In this document: positions 57,088-64,000 of the stretch, piece by piece
Position numbering within the stretch: the stretch's first letter is position 1
Layout: the number at the start of each line of letters is the position of its first letter
Assembly: GCA_028822845.1 (NCBI GenBank)
Contig: JAPKCS010000001.1
Coordinates: forward strand, 68,416 to 132,415
DNA from: Candidatus Poseidoniaceae archaeon
GTDB lineage: Archaea; Thermoplasmatota; Poseidoniia; Poseidoniales; Poseidoniaceae
Direction of reading: 5' to 3'
DNA: 64,000 bases
Position numbers and translations under genes: made by a program
Notes under the pieces: generated by a model
The model's database searches: none
Told to the model about the DNA's origin: nothing
What the model saw: only the letters and a program-made list of their open reading frames with translations

Positions 57088-58272
57088 ATGTGGAGTTCAC
57101 GAGAAGCCCGGCGCGTCGGTTTCGTGCTCTTGGCCGCCCTCGTGATGGCAACGACTTCACTCTCAGGCTGCACCGGTGTTTTGGATACAACGGTGAACCC
57201 TCGAGCCTCACTCAACGCCTACCCGTTGCTCATTCAAGAAGGCGAGACCGTCACCTTTGATGCACGTCAATCCGAAGCAGTGGAAGGCGTCATCACCTCG
57301 TATGCTTGGTCGTTCGGCGACGGCAGACAATCAGAAACAGTGTCTGGTTTCACCTCTCACACATACGCAACCTATGGCATCTTTACCGCTCAACTCACCA
57401 TCACAAACGACCAAGGTGGAGTGGATGACATCACGGCGACCGTCATCGTGAACGGTGCCCCCCAACTCAACCTCACCTTCCCTGAACTCATTCGTTCCGG
57501 TGACTCTGCTCTGCTCGATGCCAGTGACAGCTATGACCCAGAAGGCAAATCTCTGAAGTTTGCATGGGATTTGGACTGGAGCGAAGACAGTGACAAGGAC
57601 GGCGATTCACGAAACGACATCGACGCAACCACCGATACAGTTCTGATTCCAACCAACCGTTCAGGAATCATCACTGGAAGTTTGTTCCTTGATGATGGTG
57701 AAGGGGCGACGGCACAACAGGTGTTCACCCTTAATGTGTTAACTCGAAGGTATGAAGTGACATGGAAAACAATGGAACTGGAGTACACGTGGGATGAATA
57801 CCTCGATCAAGGGGATGAATGGCAAGGCAACATAACGCCTGGCTTGGAAGGGCGTGTGTTGAGCTTCGAAGGTATCCTCGCTCTTTCGCAAGATGTGTTG
57901 GCTCCCCAAGATAATTTCACCCTCAATGTGCTGATCATCAATGATGGCTTCAAGCGCTCTGATCAAACCTCAGGGGAGAACCTCACCTCGAATGAATCAG
58001 CCACAGCGACGGTTTCAGCAGAGGATTTGAACACGTTGGGTGAAGACGGTATGTTTGACTCAGACTCAGAAGAAGATCTCTTGCAGATGCTGTTGATGGA
58101 TGCAAACGCTCGGGCTGGTCAAGGTGACTGGACGTGGACCGTTGTCGCTCAACAAGCCGACCCCGACCCACTCTTCGAAGGCACACCCGACCCTGATCCA
58201 GGAAACGACTGGACCCTTACCGTCGTTGTCAAGTTGCATGTACCGGAACTTGTCGAGATTGCTTACGAGTGA
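57088..58272 (+). CDS. PKD-domain lipoprotein
   Basis: Lipobox 'LSGC'; PKD 'SYAWSFGDG...HTY...G'; second PKD-like 'SYDPEG..LKFAWD'. Confidence 0.85.
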   Translation: MWSSREARRVGFVLLAALVMATTSLSGCTGVLDTTVNPRASLNAYPLLIQEGETVTFDARQSEAVEGVITSYAWSFGDGRQSETVSGFTSHTYATYGIFTAQLTITNDQGGVDDITATVIVNGAPQLNLTFPELIRSGDSALLDASDSYDPEGKSLKFAWDLDWSEDSDKDGDSRNDIDATTDTVLIPTNRSGIITGSLFLDDGEGATAQQVFTLNVLTRRYEVTWKTMELEYTWDEYLDQGDEWQGNITPGLEGRVLSFEGILALSQDVLAPQDNFTLNVLIINDGFKRSDQTSGENLTSNESATATVSAEDLNTLGEDGMFDSDSEEDLLQMLLMDANARAGQGDWTWTVVAQQADPDPLFEGTPDPDPGNDWTLTVVVKLHVPELVEIAYE

Positions 58273-58330
58273 CCACTTTGGTCAATGGAAAGGCGTATCA
58301 ATCACCAGCCCTTCGCATGGACTGATTGCA

Positions 58331-58684
58331 ATGGTCGATACCCTCGAAATCAGCCGCGTCAACATCCGAGATTCGTTGTCTGTTGACGTTTCAGTCTGGA
58401 TGCACCACCCGAACGATATGGACTTCAGGCCCTCACTTTCAGTTGCAGGAAACACCTTCACGATTTCAAACCACAGCGACGGCGCTACCCTTGCTTCTAT
58501 CGAACTCAATGAAGAACAGATGGAAGCAGTTGTGCGCGATGAAGCCGCAGAACTCCGTGTGAAATTCCAAGTCCGCGGCATGCACGGAGAACTCTACAAA
58601 ATCCACCCAATTATTGCAGATGGGAAGGCAAAGAAACTTGCTACTGCAAACTGGAAAACCACCCAAAAAGTCTCTTTCGAGTGA
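58331..58684 (+). CDS. Small hypothetical protein
   Basis: ATG 58331 avoids overlap with the upstream gene; normal codon usage. Confidence 0.65.
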   Translation: MVDTLEISRVNIRDSLSVDVSVWMHHPNDMDFRPSLSVAGNTFTISNHSDGATLASIELNEEQMEAVVRDEAAELRVKFQVRGMHGELYKIHPIIADGKAKKLATANWKTTQKVSFE

Positions 58685-58755
58685 AATTTGAACCCTTTTG
58701 GGGTTTGGGACAGCCACCGTGTCTTTCATAGCGGTTCATTTTGATTTTTCAGTAC

Positions 58756-59043
58756 ATGCCCCCTAGAAGAGAAGGTAAAGGATCCCAGAAGCAAGCACGT
58801 TACGAACGCCTAAAAAACGAGATATTACGCTTTGTTGGCGCCAACCCAGGGTGCTCCGCTCAATCCATCGTCGCCTGTCTTTCAAACGACCGAGCCATGC
58901 GAAACCATGGACTTACGCCGCGAAAAGTTGGATTCTTCATACCACGTCACCTCGGTGATTGTCTGGAATGGTGGCAAGATCATACCGCTGGACGAAGAGT
59001 CTATGGTGAACTTGGCTGTGTTCAAGCACCCGAAAAACTGTGA
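58756..59043 (+). CDS. Small basic protein, possible winged-helix
   Basis: 'LKNEILRFVGANPGCSAQSIV...LTPRKVGFFI...RRVY'. Confidence 0.6.
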   Translation: MPPRREGKGSQKQARYERLKNEILRFVGANPGCSAQSIVACLSNDRAMRNHGLTPRKVGFFIPRHLGDCLEWWQDHTAGRRVYGELGCVQAPEKL

Positions 59044-59098
59044 TCTTTCCCCCACCAATGGGGGCGCACTCATGTATGGTGTTGTTCACCCACGAAAC

Positions 59099-59764
59099 AT
59101 GACAGCCACCGTCGCGGCTTACTTTGATCTCGATGGCACCCTTCTGGATGCATCGAGTGAAAAGACCCTCGCTGCCGAACTTGGCAAGCGCCGCCCTTGG
59201 CGAATTCCTGTGGCGGCAGTAAGCTGGACGCTTGGGTTGGTCGGCAACCTGCTCCGTGGGCGGGCTTTCTATGATGCTGCTCGAAACCGGGGTCATTTTT
59301 CACTCGCTTCTTGGCGTGTCCTCGAAGCGTATTCGACCCGTTTGGCAGCAGAACGTCTTGCGCCCTGTGTCTGTGAAGAAGCCAAGGCTAAGTTGGCTTG
59401 GCATCGTGAACAAGGGCACCGACTCGTCCTGGTGACCGCTACCATTGCGCCCATGGCTGAAGCGATGGGTGAGGTGCTTGGCATGGATGCAGTTTACGGC
59501 TGTGGGCCAGCGTTACGCACCGGCATCCTCAGCGGATCTGAACGAGGCTGGTCGGTTCCTCGAAGAAAAGGCAAGGTTCCCGTTGTCGAAGCCGACGCTC
59601 TGGCGAATGGGCATGATCTTTCACAATGCTACGGTTATGGCAACACGCTTGCAGATTCTTGGTTCATGCGAATCACTGGAAACCCAGTTGCGATCAATGC
59701 AGAAGGCTCGCTACGAACCTTAGCCAAAAAGCAAGACTGGCCGATGCATGAATGGCGGGTTTGA
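59099..59764 (+). CDS. HAD-IB family hydrolase (SerB-like)
   Basis: 'YFDLDGTL', 'HREQGH..VLVTAT', 'K', 'YGYGNTLAD', 'GNPVAIN'. Confidence 0.88.
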   Translation: MTATVAAYFDLDGTLLDASSEKTLAAELGKRRPWRIPVAAVSWTLGLVGNLLRGRAFYDAARNRGHFSLASWRVLEAYSTRLAAERLAPCVCEEAKAKLAWHREQGHRLVLVTATIAPMAEAMGEVLGMDAVYGCGPALRTGILSGSERGWSVPRRKGKVPVVEADALANGHDLSQCYGYGNTLADSWFMRITGNPVAINAEGSLRTLAKKQDWPMHEWRV

Positions 59765-59796
59765 ACACGAACGCTATCGCACCATTGAGTAAAGAG

Positions 59797-59870
59797 CGGC
59801 CCCACCGCGATTCGAACACGGGTTGCTGGCTCCGCAAGCCGGCGTGATATCCAAGCTACACTATAGGGCC
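59797..59870 (-). tRNA. tRNA-Arg(GCG)
   Basis: GGCCCTA...TGGGGCC-G acceptor, anticodon loop TTGCGGA, T-loop TTCGAAT; a GCG anticodon is the archaeal pattern. Confidence 0.93.
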
Positions 59871-59981
59871 TTGGTGTTCGGTCCACCGACCGCTTGGATA
59901 TAAGCGCAACGGGTTACGTTTTCCCGTTGCCAAACCCTGAGCCAAGCAAGCCTTCTTCACGCCTCACCGTTTGGACGGAAC

Positions 59982-60404
59982 ATGGCGGTGGAACTGTCGC
60001 GAAGGGTCGATTACCCGATGCTGGATGGTGCGAACATCGCATACTACCCTCGAATCTTTGACCTCGCCCACCGTTTTTTCGAAGAAGCATGGGAGCCAAT
60101 GTGTGGCGTATCCTATCCAGTCATGATCAATGAACGCAAGATTGGATTCCCAGTTGTTCGTGTTGAAACTGATTTCATCGCCCCCTTGCGCTATGGCGAT
60201 ACAATCCACGCAACGTTATCCATTGAACACGTAGGAACCTCTTCATGCACCTGGGGCTACCTCCTGCAAAACCAAAATCACGATGTGCTATGGCGTTCCA
60301 GTCAAGTGACCGTTTGTGTGGACATGGACACGTTGGAGTCCAAACCGATTCCCGATGACCTCCGAGTAGGATTGCTTGCTCACCTCGTGGAGGAATCACA
60401 GTGA
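59982..60404 (+). CDS. Acyl-CoA thioesterase (4HBT / hot-dog fold)
   Basis: 'DGANIAYYPRIF', 'FPVVRVETDFIAPLRYGD', 'VGTSS', 'PIPDDLR'. Confidence 0.9.
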   Translation: MAVELSRRVDYPMLDGANIAYYPRIFDLAHRFFEEAWEPMCGVSYPVMINERKIGFPVVRVETDFIAPLRYGDTIHATLSIEHVGTSSCTWGYLLQNQNHDVLWRSSQVTVCVDMDTLESKPIPDDLRVGLLAHLVEESQ

Positions 60405-61048
60405 GTGATTTAGATTTAGGATTCACGATGCGAATGGATGACGCAGATGCCGTGCCTGCTCCGCCCGTGGACATGTTTGCCGTCCGTCCCGACCCTAAAG
60501 GTCCCAAAACAGTGGCTGTGCTGATTCTGCTTGGAGCCATTTTATTGGCCTATCAAGCCTATGGCGATTATCAATTCCACAACGCAGAAGACCTGTCTGA
60601 TTCTGAAGTTGAAACCTTATTGATTACACCCAACAGTCAGGCGAGCGATGCTGATGATCTAACGGTCGAACAGTACCAAGAATTTCATGACCAAGCCCGT
60701 GATTCTGGCGGCTACGGCCTTCGTGCGGCCGGGTTTGCGATCACGGCCCTGATGATGATGATCGGTTCGGTTTTGCTGTTTCAACTCAAACCACTCGGCG
60801 CCTGGTTGAACGTGATTGGAGCCGGTATTGGCCTGACCACGGGCGTCGCCGGGAGTTGGTTGGTTGGTGGCGCAGCAGTGAACAGCCTCACTGGTCCTTT
60901 GTTGCTCACCTATGAGATTTCAACTTATTTTTGTGGCGTTTGCATGGTGACTTGTCTCAGCCTTGCTGCTTTGCCGTTGCTCAATGCTCGCGCAAGGCTC
61001 GCACTGTATTCAAATCCAAAAGTGGTTCTTGTTTCAGAGCAAGAATGA
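60401..61048 (+). CDS. Multi-pass membrane protein, unknown function
   Basis: About four TMs; GTGA overlap with the thioesterase. Confidence 0.7.
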   Translation: MSDLDLGFTMRMDDADAVPAPPVDMFAVRPDPKGPKTVAVLILLGAILLAYQAYGDYQFHNAEDLSDSEVETLLITPNSQASDADDLTVEQYQEFHDQARDSGGYGLRAAGFAITALMMMIGSVLLFQLKPLGAWLNVIGAGIGLTTGVAGSWLVGGAAVNSLTGPLLLTYEISTYFCGVCMVTCLSLAALPLLNARARLALYSNPKVVLVSEQE

Positions 61049-61054
61049 TCCGAT

Positions 61055-61501
61055 TCAAGCATCGCTGGGGCGGGGCCATTTCTTGGCAAGCGCCTTTTGC
61101 AACCCTTCATCCATTGTAGCGTTCCACCAGTCACTGCCTTGCCAAATAGCGTATTTGCCGCGTATGCCTCGTAGATCTGCACCGGAGAATTTACAATTTC
61201 TGAAGTTGGAAAGGTTGAGTCGGGCTTTCCTCAAATCTGCCCCCCTAAAATCAGCGCCATCGAATGCAGATTTCATCAAATCCACTTCATACATCGATGC
61301 TTTTCGGAAATCGCAGTTTGAAAAATCACCCTCGGTAAGGTCGGCTCCATCAAGGATGCTCCTGCGAAAGTTCGAACCAGCATGCCTTCCTTTCCTCAAG
61401 ATATCAGAGGCGTGGTTTTGGAAGGACCAATCCAGTACGACGGATTCGATTTCACCGGTTGATTCTCTTGGGTCGTCGCCCCCTCCGCCAGACATCACCA
61501 T
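61055..61501 (-). CDS. Pentapeptide repeat protein
   Basis: 'ADLTE GDFSN CDFRK ASMYE VDLMK SAFDG ADFRG ADLRK ARLNL'. Confidence 0.9.
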   Translation of the reverse strand: MVMSGGGGDDPRESTGEIESVVLDWSFQNHASDILRKGRHAGSNFRRSILDGADLTEGDFSNCDFRKASMYEVDLMKSAFDGADFRGADLRKARLNLSNFRNCKFSGADLRGIRGKYAIWQGSDWWNATMDEGLQKALAKKWPRPSDA

Positions 61502-61510
61502 AGTGTAGCC

Positions 61511-62011
61511 TCATGCAGTGGACCGTTTATCAAGGTGAGCGCGACCTTCTTCGGTCAAAAGAGCAAACCTGTTTTTGTCTTCCTTTCCTTCAGGAATGGC
61601 GAGGAAGTTTCGTTCCCTCAATCGATTGAGATAAAGCGAGAGGTTACCGGGTGGATCGATCTTTGCATCATCGAACAATTGGTTGATGATACGCGGCGGG
61701 CTGTCTTGGATGCCTTCGACTTCTCGGAGGTAGTGAATCGCACCGAGGACCTGATCAGGTTTTCGTTCCAATGAACAGGTTTCCAGCAAGACTCTGAAGG
61801 CAGACCCACGTTCAGGGAGGCCCTTCTCTTTCGCAGCAGAAACAGCGGCCTGCATTGCTTCAGCACGGGCTTGAGTAAGCCTGTCGAGCATCAGGGTCCA
61901 CGTGTCGTCTTGTCGGTGAAGGGCTAACTGCTCTTCGACTTCCATAGGAGCGCCTTCAAGATCGATTTCGATGTCACCTGCGATGACGGAGACTTTGCTG
62001 CTCGTTTCCAT
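61511..62011 (-). CDS. Hypothetical protein with C-terminal winged-helix
   Basis: 'PPGNLSLYLNRLRERNFL...RFALLTEEGRAHL' is a typical wHTH wing end. Confidence 0.7.
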   Translation of the reverse strand: METSSKVSVIAGDIEIDLEGAPMEVEEQLALHRQDDTWTLMLDRLTQARAEAMQAAVSAAKEKGLPERGSAFRVLLETCSLERKPDQVLGAIHYLREVEGIQDSPPRIINQLFDDAKIDPPGNLSLYLNRLRERNFLAIPEGKEDKNRFALLTEEGRAHLDKRSTA

Positions 62012-62184
62012 TTGATGCCCCTCAATGTGAAAGTGCCTCTCTTTTCCGTATAACCCTTTAGCGTTCATGTCAATGAACATTCGAGCCTGAAACATAGTAA
62101 AAAATCCAAATTATCCATGGGAAACCCCTCCATCAGCCGTAAGGAACTTGAAGGGCATGCGACCCCAGAGGTTCAGTGACAACC

Positions 62185-64000
62185 ATGGATAGCCCTCGCC
62201 GAACCGGCCCGTATGTTCTTGTTCTGCTCTTGTTGCTCCAGTCATTTGCGGCCATTTCCGTGTCTGCAAACCCCACTGCGGGGGCCGTGAGCACTTTCGA
62301 TGGAGGCATTGCAGCGCCAACGGTGAACCTCATCGAGGGTCAGATAAACACCCAGCTAGGAATTGAAGTGCCACGAAACGTGACTTTCAATACGGCTTCG
62401 TTTATCATCAACGCCAGAGATGAGGTGCCATCACCTGGGCAAGTCTACATTGACATCGGTCAAGATGGGGTCAAAGAATGGGCTTTCGAAGGTCAAGGGT
62501 ATGGCGATCTTGGGCATCAAAATACATTTGCCAATGGAAACACAACTTCTGAAGTCTTCTCAAATGGCTCCGTGTCATCGCTTCCATTTATCCTTCCATT
62601 CGCATCAGCGATTGAATCAGCTCAGGTCAACACTTCGTTTGCACCTGAAGTGAACGGAGGCCTCATGCCCGTTGGCGCGGTCACCGACTACACCTCGGGG
62701 GATGTCGACAACGATACATTACCAGAAATCGTTGTTCTTTCAAGGGATTCAACGGTGACCGGATTCAATGCAGGCGTTCTCCGTATTGATTGGGATTCTG
62801 CTTCAGGCCTCGATGTATCCAGTTGGGCTCAGACCTGCGCTGGTGCCAGCGAGGTTGCTGTCGGCGACTTCAATGATGACGGCCATGATGACATCGTCAC
62901 CTTCGCTTACGGCTCAGATTTAGCTTGTGTCCATTTCACCAATGCTACAACATCTGCCATCGGGGCCGCGCAGCCTCTTTCCCTGTACAGCAACAGTATT
63001 TCTGCAGCGGTCGGCGATTTCAACAACGACGGTTATGCAGATGTGGTTTCAATTCACGCAGGTGGACAATTTGTGGTCCGAACATACAGTGACAAAATCA
63101 GCGCATTTACCGACAACCAAACTCACACAGTCATGATGAACAACACCGCAACGGCAACCACGCTCACCTCAATGACAGGTGGAGTGTTTGGGGTAAATTC
63201 AACCACGTTCTCAGCTGTTGTCACGGATTTTTTCGGCCACAGCACACCGCTCGGATGGACGCTCGGTAGCGGTATCTCGGAAAACCCAAACCACTTCGAT
63301 GGCATAGAATCAGACCTTGTGGCTGGTGACTTCAATGGCGACGGAAACATCGACTTTATCGGGACCAATCAACAAGGCTACACCATCGCATTGAATGATG
63401 GGCTGCAATGGAACACCACGAATGTTCTGTCCACTGTTGCCCTCACCAACGCCTCAGTCTTCGACCACGATGGCGATGGTACAACTTCGCTTGTTGTGCC
63501 CTCTCCCGGGTCCAGTGACGGCAGCGCCCAGACCGTTGATGGCAATTTGACGGTCTTTGCCTTGAACGCTACATTGATTGGAAATGTTTCCGCCATTGTG
63601 CAACCTTGGTCAATACCAACCAATGTCCAAGCCGTTGATATGAACGGCGATGGTTTTCTCGAACACATTGTCGCTGCCGGTGAAAGTGCTCTTGGTTTGT
63701 ACATTGGTGGGTGGCACCAGATCGGCCTGGATGTGAACAATGATGGCCAAGATGATCTTGTGACATCAGGTTATTCAGGCGATGCTTCGTTTGGCATGAT
63801 GCCGCTCTACATCGAAGACCCTATGGGGAACACTTCGACCATCCTTTCAACCCTGATGAACGCACTCCCCTACACAGCCGATGGCTACGGTGTGCGTCTA
63901 TCCATCCTGGATTTCTCTTTATCGAACACTGGAAATGGCACGTTCAACCTCTCAGGGATGGACATTGGGTATGACGCATTTTTCATCGTCGAAAACAATC
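62185..64000 (+). CDS. Secreted FG-GAP/VCBS repeat protein, 5' part (runs off the window; not in the ORF track)
   Basis: Manual translation: signal MDSPRRTGPYVLVLLLLLQSFAA; repeats 'GDVDNDT', 'VAVGDFNDDGHDDIV', 'AAVGDFNNDGYADVV', 'VAGDFNGDGNIDFI', 'VDMNGDGFLEH'; no stop seen in frame. Confidence 0.88.
   Translation, partial: MDSPRRTGPYVLVLLLLLQSFAAISVSANPTAGAVSTFDGGIAAPTVNLIEGQINTQLGIEVPRNVTFNTASFIINARDEVPSPGQVYIDIGQDGVKEWAFEGQGYGDLGHQNTFANGNTTSEVFSNGSVSSLPFILPFASAIESAQVNTSFAPEVNGGLMPVGAVTDYTSGDVDNDTLPEIVVLSRDSTVTGFNAGVLRIDWDSASGLDVSSWAQTCAGASEVAVGDFNDDGHDDIVTFAYGSDLACVHFTNATTSAIGAAQPLSLYSNSISAAVGDFNNDGYADVVSIHAGGQFVVRTYSDKISAFTDNQTHTVMMNNTATATTLTSMTGGVFGVNSTTFSAVVTDFFGHSTPLGWTLGSGISENPNHFDGIESDLVAGDFNGDGNIDFIGTNQQGYTIALNDGLQWNTTNVLSTVALTNASVFDHDGDGTTSLVVPSPGSSDGSAQTVDGNLTVFALNATLIGNVSAIVQPWSIPTNVQAVDMNGDGFLEHIVAAGESALGLYIGGWHQIGLDVNNDGQDDLVTSGYSGDASFGMMPLYIEDPMGNTSTILSTLMNALPYTADGYGVRLSILDFSLSNTGNGTFNLSGMDIGYDAFFIVENN

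Noticed and set aside
58832-59098. N-terminal extension of the HAD hydrolase ORF
   Set aside because: Overlaps the upstream small gene; HAD motif I begins just after ATG 59099.

Overview
A gene-dense archaeal chromosome segment. The markers rpl18e-rpl13-rps9-rpoN-tRNA-Pro, archaeal DnaG, thermosome, PAC2 and tRNA-Arg(GCG), together with bacterial-type PurH/PurN/LigA and many giant acidic secreted proteins, fit Marine Group II (Ca. Poseidoniales); the taxon is inferred, not searched. About 50 CDS and 3 tRNAs were found, with no CRISPR, rRNA, transposase or integrase. The most striking region is 26.8-37.9 kb: an AT-richer putative DNA-binding gene; a ~290-nt, heavily base-paired leader bracketed by twin GAAC-N5-GTTC palindromes; a secreted protein with (GQ)40-(GQQ)16 repeats and DHDNDG Ca-binding-type repeats; a UUCG hairpin terminator; and a 2699-aa membrane-anchored protein with the same repeats, a phage-structural-like insert and a C-terminal DUF4129-like tail. 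This is a candidate undescribed cell-envelope or matrix system. Other candidates: an unannotated three-gene membrane/coiled-coil operon (3.5-7.5 kb), a Reeler-like CxCH/CxxxCH surface cluster (48.4-52.6 kb), a PIN-less PINA ATPase, a structured dnaG leader, and two genes missing from the ORF track (10915-11094 and 62185-end). All family calls come from motif recognition by eye.
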